64,000 nucleotides of DNA from the human T2T-CHM13v2.0 reference genome, Homo sapiens: the NCBI RefSeq assembly GCF_009914755.1, contig NC_060929.1; one strand, 5' to 3'. Positions 1 through 11,039 of the stretch are shown one piece after another (position 1 is the first letter of the stretch; the number at the start of each line of letters is the position of its first letter). The position numbers and the translations under genes were made by a program. The notes beneath the pieces are model-generated. The model was not told the DNA's origin. It did not search any database and saw only the letters and a program-made list of their open reading frames with translations.

Positions 1-1049
1 TCTATACCAGTTAATAATAACTTATACTGTAAGTTATCATATTTTTTCTCTACTAAGAAAATCTAACGTGTTTAAAAACTGAAGTAAATTATTTACTAAT
101 TTGCATACTATCTTAGCATGTTGTTGAATTATTAAATATAAATATATCTCATCGTTTAATGGTGTTTTATTTATTTCAGAGAGACAAATTTGTATTTACC
201 ATGTCTGGCTAAACAATCATAAATGCACTCTCAGCTGAAAATGATATCATTTAATTAATATCCTTCAAACTTTTCTCTCACATGTTACTCTAACCTTCAA
301 AATAGCCAGTGTGTAATCAACATTTATATAAATCAAAGATGTTATAATAATATCGATTTAATGAAAATTATACCTAGTGATAATATTTTGCACATGAAAA
401 TGGCACTTAAAAATTTATAATCATTTATTTCCACTAATGTGTAGCTTCTTATTTCACACTTGTGAAAATCATGCTGCATTTTATTTAGTTTCCAGGTAGC
501 TGGAGTAGAGTCTGATTTTAATAGTATTCAATACTCTTTGCAATGACATTATTTTGCTATTTTAATACTTAAATATCCACAGGAAAAGGATGAAAGATTA
601 TTGCTTCTCATTAGAAGAAAAGATAATAATAAGCAATATTATGAAGACTGAAAGATTTTTATATCTGAGGATAAAGCAACAACTCAGGGTTATCTATTTT
701 AAATAATTTTAATGGTTGCATGTATTTTAAATATTCAGAAGGAGGGGTTTAATTTTATGTAGACTGTGTTGTATTTATATGTATTGAGTTAAAGTTTAAA
801 ATACTTCAGGCCCAACTTGAGAATTAAACCTTAAATCAGTCAAAGCCCTTCTCTCTTCCTAAAGATAACCAGTTCCTATATTTGGTGTTAATTTTTCATG
901 TGTACAATATATAATTTTTTTGTGTTTTAAAGCCTTATAAAATATGTTGCTGTATTCTATCTTTTCTTCCTCTCAAATTCATTAACGTCAGTACATGGGC
1001 TGTAATGTATTAATTTTCAGTGTTTATTATATTTAAGAAGATCATATCA

Positions 1050-1560
1050 CAATTTATTACCTATTTGCTTACTGATAAGCATTAATATTGTTTTTGATAT
1101 TTTCCAAAGACCACCAGTGTTGTCTTCTATACATGTTGCTTGTTCACATAATATTCCTTAGGATATACCAACGTCTGGAATTTCCCAGTCATTATTGTGT
1201 ATGGGTATTTTCAAATTTCTAGATATAGCATCAAATTAGTGTTCAAACATCTTATCCCAGTTAACAATTCCCATAGTAGGATATAACCAACATGATTGCT
1301 TATATTCTAAACATCTTATCCCGGTTAACAATTCCCACAGTAGAATATAACCAACATGATTGCTTATATTCTCACAAACACATGGTGTCTTCAGACTTGA
1401 TCTTTGCCAGTCTGTTTAGGGTTACATTGTAAGTTTTCTAGTTTTAATTTGTTTGTCTTTTGTTACTAAGGAGTGGAAGAACAACTTTTCAAATGTTTAT
1501 TTGTCATTTGGATTTCCTCCTCTGTGAATCTCCTAATTTTGTCTATTGGAAAACCAAAAG
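1050..1560 (-). mobile_element. Ancient L1 (L1M/L1ME-like) ORF2/3' fragment
   Basis: The minus-strand translation contains 'FTEEEIQMTNKHLKSCSS', resembling the L1 ORF2 C-terminal 'FSKEDIQMANKHMKKCS'. The flanking sequence is L1-like but highly diverged. Confidence 0.6.
1245..1372. repeat. 64-bp tandem duplication, 2 copies
   Basis: aaacatcttatccc(a/g)gttaacaattccca(t/c)agtag(g/a)atataaccaacatgattgcttatattct at 1245-1308 and 1309-1372, with 3 mismatches. Confidence 0.95.
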
Positions 1561-1580
1561 ACAAAATTGAGTATTGTTTC

Positions 1581-1840
1581 AGTTTTTGTTGTTTTTTGTT
1601 TCTGAGACAAGGTCTCGCTTTGTCACCCAGGCTGGAGTGCCGCAGCCTTGACCTCCCAGGCCCAAGCAATCCTTGGTAGCTGGCACTACAGGTGTCCGCC
1701 ACTACGCCTGGCTACTTTTTGTAGAGATGGAGTTTTGCCATGTTGTCCAGGCTGGTCTCGAACTCCTGGGCTCAAGTGATCTGCCCGCCTTGGCCTCCCA
1801 AAGTGCTGGGATTACAGGGAGGAGCCTCCGTGCCTGGCCT
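1581..1840 (-). mobile_element. AluJ with internal deletions
   Basis: Antisense Alu (gagacaaggtctcgct...cccaaagtgctgggattacagg) with the J-type 'ctcctgggctcaagtgat'. Degenerate TSD agtattgtttc/agtactatttc. Confidence 0.9.
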
Positions 1841-1964
1841 AGTACTATTTCTCTTTTAAGAATTCTTCAAGGTTTTGAAAATTAAATTATTTGTTGAAGT
1901 AAATATTACAAATAAGTTAGTCTGAAAGTTCCTTTTTTACATGTTTAAAAACTTTTTTGACAGA

Positions 1965-2656
1965 GTTTTTTTTTTTTTTTTTTTTTTACCTTTAAGTTCA
2001 GGAGTACAAGAGCAGGTTTGTTACATCGGTAAAAACAAATGCAAGTCTGTTACATAGGTACACTTCTGTCATGGAGGTTGGTTTTACAGATTATTTCATC
2101 ACGCAGAGATTAAGCCTAGTATCCATTGGTTATTTTTCCTGATCCTCTCTCTCCTCCCATCCTCTGCTCTTCAAAAGGCCCCAGTATATGTTGTTTCCCT
2201 CTTTGTGTCCATGTGTTCTCATCATTTAGCTCCCACTTATAAGTGAGAACATGGGGTATTTGGCTTTTTCTTCCTGTGTTAGTTTGCTAAGGATAGTGGC
2301 CTCCAGCTTCATCCATGTCCCTGCAAATGACATGATCTCATTTTTTTTTTAATGTCTACATAGTATTCCATGGTGCATGTGTACCACATTTTCTTTATCC
2401 AGTCTATCATCGATAGGCATTTAGGTTGATTCTATGTCTTTGCTATTGTGAATAGTGCTGCAATGAACATATGTGTGCATGTGTCTTTATAATAGAATGA
2501 TTTATATTCCTTTGGGTATATAACCAGTAATGATATTCCTGGGTCAAATGGTATTTCTGTCTTTAGGTATGTGAGAGATCACCACACTGTTTTCCACAAT
2601 GGTGGAACTAATTTACACTCCCAACAACAGTGTATAAGCATTCCTTTTTCTCCACA
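1965..2656 (-). mobile_element. 5'-truncated L1PA (about L1PA13) 3' end
   Basis: A poly-T tail at about 1966-1987 is followed by antisense L1 3'UTR and ORF2 end (catttagctcccacttataagtgagaacatg, tgctattgtgaatagtgctgcaatgaacat, ttccacaatggtggaactaatttacactccc). Confidence 0.9.
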
Positions 2657-3310
2657 TATATGAAAAAAAAGATGCTTTTAATTATATTGTTATTGTTCAT
2701 ACTTTGCTTGTATACTTTAAAAAGTCATTTCTTAACTAAAGGTTATAAAGATAATTTCTGTGTTCTAGTTTTTTTCAGAAGTCTGTTTATAATTGTGAAT
2801 CCATTTGCGGGTAACTGATATCTTAACAAATGTTAGTATTACAATCTATGCATATGGATATCTTAAGACTTAAAATTTAAAAAAAGTATGACTTAGCTCC
2901 ATAAAATTTATAAAAAAACTTTCTTTAGCTTTTTTGTAGATATTTTATGCTTTAATGCTATTGTAAATGGCATTCCAAAAATTATCTTTATACTTCAGAG
3001 TTTTTCTTGCAAGTTATGAATCTGTTATTACTTTTAGTGTATCTTTCATCCAAGAACCTTGATCAATTATTTTTAAATTTTAATTGTTTTTTAAAATCTT
3101 GGCATTTGTTGTTTAGACAATTTTATAGTCATTATTTGAAAATAATAGTAATTTGTTGCTTTGCTTTCATTTTTTCCACTTTTATTTGATTACTTTTTCC
3201 CTCTAACTTTACTGCTTAGAATCTTAAGAGCAGTGCTGTATTGAAGTAATAATGGGTATCTGTCAACTTTCAATTTTTAAAATGAATTGTTTCTAAACCT
3301 TGATGCCTCC

Positions 3311-3445
3311 TTATTTATTTACTTATTTTTCAGACGGGGTTTCAGTATGTTGCCCAGACTGGCCTTGAACTCCTGAGCTCAAGTGATGCTCCTGCCTCAG
3401 CCATGTAAATAGCTGGGACTACAGGCATGCACTGCTGCTCCCTGC
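3311..3445 (-). mobile_element. FLAM / free Alu monomer
   Basis: A single antisense Alu arm: T-rich tail, then cagacggggtttcagtatgttgcccagactgg...agctgggactacaggc. Confidence 0.8.
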
Positions 3446-3485
3446 TTCTCCTTATTTCTGTTAGTTTTGCCATATGTTTAGCTAT

Positions 3486-3673
3486 CCATGCATATATATA
3501 TAATATATGTATACATGTGTGTATATATACACATATGTGTACACATATATGTACACATATATATGTACACACATATATGTACATATGTGTACATATATGT
3601 GTACACATATATACATATACACATATATACACATATGTGTGTGTGTATATATATATACACACACACATATACA
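3486..3673. repeat. Alternating purine-pyrimidine (TA/TG/CA) microsatellite
   Basis: Unbroken RY alternation from 3503 to 3673, including a perfect 38-bp palindrome at 3633-3670. Confidence 0.95.
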
Positions 3674-4101
3674 GTCACATTCATCTTTTTTTGGCTACCT
3701 TTCTTCTTGCCTATTAAATCTTCCTTCTGGAATCGTTCTCCTTGTCAAAACATAAAATTGAGAAATTGAGAATTTCCTGTGTTAAGTTTCTGTTGATTAA
3801 TAAGTTCTGTCTTAGGTTTCCTGATAGTGCCATCATTTCAACTCGGTAATTGAATGACACATTGACCAAATATAAAACTCTAAGTTGACTTATTTTCAGC
3901 ATTTTGTAGTCCTCATTCCACTGTCTTCTGGATTCAATTGCTCCTCTTGAAAAGTGTATGAATGCCCTATTTTCCTTTTGTAGGCATTCTCTCTTTCTGG
4001 TTTTTCTCTTTGTCTATGTTTTAAAAATGCCTCCCCCAATTTTTTTTTTAGTTTTATTACAATCAGATGGACGTACAATAAAATTATTCAAGCTAAAGTC
4101 G

Positions 4102-4467
4102 TGCTATAGGCTGAATGTTTGTGTCTCCCAAAAATCTGTAAGTTGAAACCCAATCAATGATATGATGGTATTTAGAATGAGTGTTTTAGTAGGTGATTTG
4201 TCATGAGGATGGAATCCTAATGAATAAGATTATTTTTCTTCTATAAGTGACTGCAGAGACTTCTCTTCCTTTTTTCATCATGTGAAGACATGGCTAGAAG
4301 GCAGCCATCTATGAAGCAGGAAGTGGGTCCTTACCAGACAGCAAATCTGCAAGTGCCTTCATTTTGGAATTCCTAGCCCCTATAACTGTGAAAAATACAT
4401 TTCTGTTGTTTACGAGTCACCCAGTATATGGTATTTTTTTTTATAGCAGCCCAAACAGGCTAAGACA
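4102..4467 (+). mobile_element. MLT1A/MLT1A0 LTR (ERVL-MaLR)
   Basis: Starts tgctataggctgaatgtttgtgtctccc and ends ttatagcagcccaaacaggctaagaca, matching MLT1A termini. Confidence 0.85.
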
Positions 4468-4810
4468 GAAAATTGGTTCTAACAGGTAGAGTGCTGCTGT
4501 AAAAAATACCTAAAAATGTGTAAGCAGCTTTGGAACTGGGTAATGAGAAGAGGCTGGAAGAGTTTTGAGGTGTATGCTAGAAAGAAACTACATTGCCATG
4601 AAAAGACTATAAAGGGTGATTTTGGTGAGAGCCCAAAAAAGAAAGAGGAGTGCTGTAGAGAATGCCCAATCTTCTCAGAGAACACTTAATGCATTAGTCC
4701 CTTCAAACTGCAAACTAGGAAAACTGGCCTCCAGAACTGTGAGAATATACATTTTTATTTAAGCCACCAGTTTATGGTATTTTGTATGGAAGACCGAGCA
4801 GATTAATACA
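4468..4810 (+). mobile_element. MLT1 internal fragment followed by an MLT1 LTR 3' end
   Basis: gaaaattgg...gcagctttggaactgggtaatgagaagaggctggaagagttttgagg (MaLR-int start) directly follows the LTR. About 4725-4810 matches an MLT1 LTR 3' end (cctccagaactgtgagaat...taataca). Confidence 0.75.
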
Positions 4811-5547
4811 AGCTCCTTTCACAACTCTAAGGTAACCAAGCATTTTGTTTTTGTAACATGTGCAAAACTAATATATTTTCACGTTCGATTGTTTAAGGGT
4901 GCTCTATGTTCATTTTTAGTCTGACTTCTTTTTGTGAGTGCCTTGAAGGGGTCATGAGCATTTTGAGCATCAGGCAAATGGAACAATAAATTGGGCAGTC
5001 ATTTAAATTTGTGCATAGTCACTTGTGTTACGTCTTTGGCAGTCTCTAGTTTGTATAATTATGTAATTGCTAGCTGTCCTGATGTAGGCTGGCTCCGGGT
5101 GAGTGTCTACCACTTACTAGTCTGCCTCATTCAAAATTAACTTTGCAGAGGTATAGGTTGGAAGCTCATATTGTGATACAAAAGTGTTGTTACCTGGTGT
5201 TAAAAAGATATGGGGAATGAAGAACAGGTTGAAATAAATGGGGTCAGAAGCCATTCTGTGGCAAATTTTCAAAAAATCGAATGGATAAAATTGTAAACAG
5301 ATAATATGATTTTCAACAATACTAGTGAAAGCAGAATTTACCTCCTAATACAATAATACTTGATAATTCACTTCTATAACAGTATATTTTTAACAATGGG
5401 AATCCATGAAATAGAATTTATCGAAACTCTTATGTTTGTATTGTACAAACATGTAACAGTATTAAATTAAGTATGTCTATAGTGGCGTGTTTATTCATCC
5501 TAAAATCAATGATAAATGATTATAAACCAGGGTCAATTATCCTAGAA

Positions 5548-5819
5548 GAGTAATTTTCAACAGAGTGTAACTTTATCCCCATGTCCACCTAGGGATGATT
5601 GGCAAAGTGTGGATATAATTTTTGTTGTTACAACTATCATCTAGGGGTTAGAATCCAGGGGTGCTGCTAACCAACCTACAATCTATAGGACAGCCCCCAC
5701 AATAAAGAATTATCAGGCAGGAGAATGGCGTGAACCCGGGAAGCGGAGCTTGCAGTGAGCCGAGATTGCGCCACTGCAGTCCGCAGTCCGGCCTGGGCGA
5801 CAGAGCAAGACTCCGTCTC

Positions 5820-5850
<31 letters not shown>

Positions 5851-5895
5851 ATTATCCAGCCCTAAATGTCAATAGTGTTGAGGTTGAGGGAGTCC
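5548..5895 (+). mobile_element. MER20 (hAT-Charlie), interrupted by AluYb8
   Basis: ttggcaaagtgtggatataatttttgttgttacaact...ggtgctgctaaccaacctacaatctataggacagcccccacaataaagaattatc|cagccctaaatgtcaatagtgttgaggttgag matches the MER20 consensus. Confidence 0.9.
5715..5848 (+). mobile_element. 5'-truncated AluYb8-lineage element (human-specific)
   Basis: Carries the diagnostic Yb8 features cccgggAagcgg, gagatTgcg and the 7-bp insertion ctgcagtccGCAGTCCggcctggg. Pure A29 tail. Perfect TSD aaagaattatc at 5704-5714 and 5846-5856. Confidence 0.95.
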
Positions 5896-6241
5896 ATCTT
5901 AGAGGAAAGACTAAATTATCTCTTTTGCATTATAATTAAAACTGTCACCAAATCATTGTCATATAAAAAGATAATCTATGAATAACTAGCCAAATATTAA
6001 TATGTGTATGTGATTGTTAATTGTTAAATATGTTATTTCCGCACTGTGTGATTTTGCAATATTTATCACAAACCTTTTAAAATTTGTGATTTTTTTCTCA
6101 GTCTAAATGCATTTTGACTTTTACATTTAATTGTGTAGTTATAAGTTTGTATTCTTTCTTTTTTAAAAGAAAACCCCCCAAAGTTTCAGGCCCAATAAAA
6201 CCTTGGTGGTACTTCTGGAGATCATTCTGGAATATGATAAA

Positions 6242-6762
6242 TGTATTAGTTATCTGTTGCCGAGTAACAAATCACCCCAAACCTTTTTGGTTTTTGAACA
6301 ACAACCATTTATTAGCTAATGATTCTGCAGTTAGCAGTTGGTCTGGAATCAGCTTCTCCTGGGGCCACTCATGTAATTGCAGTCATTTGACAGGCTACAT
6401 GGGGCTGAATGGATTAGGTGGTCTCACAGATGTGTTTGGCCAATGGCACTGGCAGTCAATCGGGCACTTTAGTTTTTCTACTTTCCTTTGTGGCTTCCTG
6501 AGCACAAGGGCCCAGATGAAGTTCTTTATATTGAAATCTCAGGACAGCAAATCAATGGGTCAAGAGTGGAAGCTACTCTGGAATTCAGTGTCACCTCTGC
6601 CACATTCTACTAGTTAAAGCAAATTAGGAGGCCAGCCGCAGTCAAGGAATGTGGAAATGGACTTGCCTTTTGATGGTGGGCAGCCAAGTAACATTACAAA
6701 GTCATATGACTGCAAGGGGGCTAGGCTTTTATTGGAGACATTGTTTTGCACAGAGTGCCACA
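6242..6762 (-). mobile_element. Old MLT1 LTR (MLT1J/K-like)
   Basis: Begins tgtattagttatctgttgccgagtaacaaatcaccccaaa and ends ...tgccaca, the typical antisense MLT1 termini. Confidence 0.7.
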
Positions 6763-6859
6763 GCCAACATTTACTCAATTTTCCACACTGTAATTAGATA
6801 TGATGAATGTTTTTATTTTATTCTCCATTTTTCAAAACCATTCTTTCATATTTTCCATC

Positions 6860-7287
6860 TGTCAGGTCCCAGCCCATGCTGAGGTCCGAGGGGTGTGGGT
6901 GGATAAATGGCAGATAGCTGAAAAAAAACACTCAGGGGGCCATAGGTAGGTGAAATACGGCTTTATCCAGCAGCTCTCTCATCAGCAGCTCTCTTACACT
7001 GTCTGCTCTGTCTCGGCTGCTTGGTTTGGCCGCTCCCATGAACACCTGCACAGTTGGCTCTCTCTTGGCTTCAGGGTCAGCTACTTAACTCTTTCTCTCT
7101 CTGGGCACGAGCACCTGTACCACGTCAGCAGGGCAATTATACCTTTTAAAGACAATAGTGGCTTAGAGCCAAATGATGAGCCTTCCTATATTATGGCTAC
7201 ATGGCTGTGATAACAAGCTGAGTTATACGCCTGTGTTCTAAACTCACTGAGTCACGTAGGATGTTTACCTTGGCCATGTTCCTTACA
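6860..7287 (-). mobile_element. Solo LTR18-family LTR (ERVL)
   Basis: TG...CA termini and a perfect 5-bp TSD ccatc (6855-6859, 7288-7292). The reverse complement matches LTR18 blocks (gccactattgtc, aggtataattgccctgctgac, gagagctgctgatgagagagctgctg, cctcggacctcagcatgggctgg). Confidence 0.85.
7248..7254. promoter_or_regulatory. AP-1 motif TGAGTCA within LTR18
   Basis: Exact consensus match at the position of the known LTR18 AP-1 site. Occupancy cannot be shown from sequence. Confidence 0.45.
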
Positions 7288-7971
7288 CCATCTATGGCTT
7301 TCTAAGGTGCATCCTGGATAATTTCTGCAGTTATAGCCTTGAATCTACATATTCTTTTAATTAGTCTTCCAATTAGATATCTAACATTGTTACCAAATTT
7401 TCAATTTGCTGATATTATTCACTTCTAGTCATATTGGTTATTTTTCAAGCATTCCTATTCTTTTTATGGTATTTATTTAGTTCATATTTTTATTTGTATT
7501 TTGAAAAACTATTCCATACTTATTTTACATTTCATACCTGAATATTTCATTATCTGAAGTTTGTAAGGAGGTGTCATATTTTATTCTTTATTATTTTTAG
7601 TGATTCTTAATAATGGTTTATTTCCTTTTGCTTTTATAATTTCTTTTTCTAAATTGTGACCTTATATTCAGTGGGGTTTTATCTATGAGAATCCTGTGTG
7701 TCTGGATATGAAAATGTCCCTCCAAGAAAGCCCTGCTGGGCTCTCCAGACACTGAGGGATATTGCTAACCTGAATCAGGCACTCAAACTCATGTGAGAGT
7801 GCATGTGATGAGGAAGTTTTAGAGAAGAACCTACAGATAGAAAAGTATCTTGTCTCCCTTTCTGAAGGGTTCACTTCCTCCCTTCCTAAAACCCATCCTT
7901 TACCAAAGGTGCAGTTCCTCAAGAGAACCACCTTTGTGGGATTCCATTGCCAAGCCCTCCTTTTGCATGCC

Positions 7972-8325
7972 TGTATTAGTCTGTTCTTATGCTGCTAATA
8001 AGGACATACCAAGACTGGGTAATTTATAAAGGAAAGAGGTTTAATGGACTTACAGTTCCACATGGCTGGGAGGCCTCACAATCATGGCAGAAGGCAAATG
8101 AGGAGCAAAGTTACCGCTTACATGATGGCAGGCAAGGGAGCTTGTGCAGGGGAGCTCCCATTTATAAAACCATGAGATCTCATGAGACTTACTCACTACC
8201 ACGAGAACAGTATGGGGAAAACCGTCCCCATGACAGAATTATCTCCACCCGGCACTACCCCCGACACTTGGAGATTATTACAATTCAAGGTGAGATTTTT
8301 GTGGGGACACAGCCCAGCCATATCA
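7972..8325 (-). mobile_element. Solo THE1C LTR (ERVL-MaLR)
   Basis: tgtattagtctgttcttatgctgctaataaggacatacc...ggggacacagcccagccatatca, with a perfect 5-bp TSD atgcc (7967-7971, 8326-8330). Confidence 0.92.
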
Positions 8326-9580
8326 ATGCCTAATCATATGTCATCTATGTTACGAGGCAATTCACACTGCAGTCTTTTAATTATGAAGTCAGAATGGCCA
8401 CACTAGCATCACTCACAAGTTTCTACCTCTTGTTTCCAGCTCCCCATGCATTTTGGTACCTGATATTTTCTTCTATTTCCCTAGCTTTGCACTTAAAATC
8501 ATGGGTGAATATTTTATTCAGCATTTCAGGAAACGATTTTCTGGATATTTCGCCTGCCACATTGCTAGAAATAGCAGTTCTACATTACATTATATAGGAG
8601 GCATTGTTACATTAAAGCATTACAGCCTGTTCAAAGTTCAATTAAAAAGTTAAAAGTTTTAAATTAATATCAACACCATATGAGGATAATACTTTGAAAT
8701 GGCTTCACCGTTTTCATCTAGTAATATTTTTTCTTAAATGTGCTTGTGTATTGGTTTTGTTCCTACCTCATTATTCCTTATATATTAGCTATGAAATAAA
8801 TCTTTGAAAATATTATCCTTAGAATAAAGGGTAACACACGTTAGGGTGTGTATTTTTGTGCTGTTAAATTCAATCAGCCCTTGGTTACTGAGCATATTCT
8901 ATAAATTCACATTTTAAGAATGTAATTCAAAATTCTTACTCAGTCTTTTGTTGAGTAGCCAGGTGAACACGCACAATCTATCAAAGGGTCGATGTCTAGG
9001 CTGGGATTGCTCAGAAGAAAGGAAGAGTCTCAGACACATTTTTTTTGTTTGTTATTGCAGTGTGGCTGAGAATAGATTTTTTTAAACATATACCATCCCA
9101 CGCTTCATTCTGTAGTTATATTCATTAGATACCAGATGATGCCAGATTTCAGTGCTTGACATTACAAAAAATACTTATGTGTGTGTGTGCTTTTTTAACA
9201 AGATTTTTTCAAATGTGATATATTAAAAAATAAATTTATATAGAGCATGGTGTTTATTAATTTAAAAAGCAAAACCTGTGTTTTAGAATTAATATGTTTA
9301 TAGTTAAAATCACAGTATTTCTTCAGTTTTTTTACCCACATCGATTATTACTCCAAGTATCTGAATTACAGCTGCCAAAAATCGTTAAAATTGTTATATT
9401 TGACAATTGTTTTATGATACTGAGTCCAAAAGAAGAAAGATAAAATAGAAGAAGTTTACCAAATAGGATTCTATGTAGTTCAGTAGCACACATCAAATCA
9501 TATCACATTTAATGTTAGATTGTTTTAGTGCCTGGGTAAACTTTTTATTCTTGCACTTTACTCTGAATATAAATATTTGA

Positions 9581-9868
9581 TTTTTTTTTTTTGAGTCTTG
9601 CTCTGTTGCCTAGGCTGAAGTGCAGAGGAATGATCATACCTCAATGCAGCCTCCAACTCCTGGACTCAAGGCATCCTCTTGCCTCAGCCTCATGAATAAA
9701 TAGGCTCACAGGCCTGTGCTAAGATGCCCAGCTATTTTTTTTTTGTTGTTTACTTTTGTAGAGACAGCGTCTCCCAGGCTGTTCTCGAACTCCTGGGCTC
9801 AAGCAGTCCTTCCTCCTCTGCCTCCCAAAGTGCTGGAATTACAGGTATGAGCCACTGTGACAGACCTG
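9581..9868 (-). mobile_element. AluJ (Jo/Jr-like)
   Basis: Poly-T, then a highly diverged antisense dimeric Alu with J-type tgcagcctccaactcctggactcaag. Confidence 0.88.
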
Positions 9869-10892
9869 AAGATTTAATTATATTTGTCCTCTCATTAGTC
9901 TGTTTTCTTTGATGAAGTGAGTAATTGGCCCTTTTGGACCCCAGGTGGCGGTGGGAAGTGTGAGAAGTTGTTTCTGGGTGGGAGGATGGGAGTAGGCCTC
10001 TGAGGTCACCTGAGAGAAGCCATTTACTCCAGGGCAGGAGTGGCCAAGGAAGTGTCTACACACTCAATCACATGTGAACTCATTCTGGGGCTGGCCTGGG
10101 GCTCCTCCATAGCTCTATGAGAACAGCCTGGAAGGACTTTCCCACATGAGGCTTGAGACCCAGACCTGCAGAAGGTGAGGGGAAGCTGGTACCAGGCAAT
10201 GTCCAGTCTGAGCACAAGAGAGCATCCCAAGAAGACAAGAGAGAACAAAATCACCATGGGATATTAGCCACATCCAGAGGTCACCACCAGGCTTGCATCT
10301 GTGTCTGGCCCTCAGCCCCTTCCCTCCTCCTGTCCCCCTTCTCATGGAGAAAACTCAGAGCCACTATAGGGAAGGGAGTAGCAAAGAAGAAGGGCAAGGA
10401 TGCCTACTCTTCCCGGCTCCCAGAGTTCCTCCTCCAACCCACACTCCCAGAAGCAGGCCTCAGCTGGGAGTGAGAGGGAGTCTCAAATGGGAAAACTATG
10501 GAATTGACTCCATAGGACTTTTAATTCAAAAACAAGAAGGTTGCTTGTCTGAAAATGACCCTAAGTCTTTTTGTCATCTGTCTCTGACTGGAAAAGTTAT
10601 GAAACCTCGGCAAATTTCATCCAAAGTTTATGGAATAAATGGCCCACATTATGGGTTCAAGGGACAATAAAAAGGAAACCAAAAAATGATACTGATTTAT
10701 TGAGTAAAGCTTTGTCATTAGATAGTTAAGAGCTGGCTTTGTATTAAACTTGAATATCTAGAAAATCAGATACACAGATCTTTCTTATTTAAAAAGACAT
10801 CTAAACTACTATATATTATATAGTACATGAGGTATCATAGATTATTTAATGGGCATGTGTATGTAGTTTGTGCTGTGCAAACAATGCTACAA

Positions 10893-11035
10893 TTGATTGA
10901 TTGATTGATTCATTTATTGACTCATACATTCACTGATTCAACAAGCATGTAGTGAGCACTGAGTATGCGCCACATTCTCCTAAGAACTTGGCAGGGGATA
11001 AACAATTTGTTTGCTCATGGAGTTTCTACTATCAG
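10893..11035 (-). mobile_element. L2 3' end
   Basis: A (TTGA/TTCA)n tail, then ttcaacaagcatgtagtgagcact...tgctcatggagttt, typical of antisense L2. Confidence 0.7.
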
Positions 11036-11039
11036 GAAA

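Larger units (their letters stand above)
5250..6207 (+). mobile_element. Zaphod3-like hAT-Tip100 DNA transposon fossil, split by MER20
   Basis: gaaagactaaattatctctttt...caaatcattgtcatataaaaagataatc and the terminal ttcaggcccaataaaaccttgg resemble the Zaphod3 3' part. The left boundary is uncertain. Confidence 0.5.

Noticed and set aside
3342-3769. Cluster of overlapping ORFs rich in Y/I/H/T/C/V/M
   Set aside because: They are translations of the TA/TG/CA microsatellite, which lacks stop codons in most frames.
6114-6617. 167-aa ORF, one of the longest in the window
   Set aside because: It starts at a non-ATG codon, lies mostly in an antisense MLT1 LTR and has no recognisable domain.
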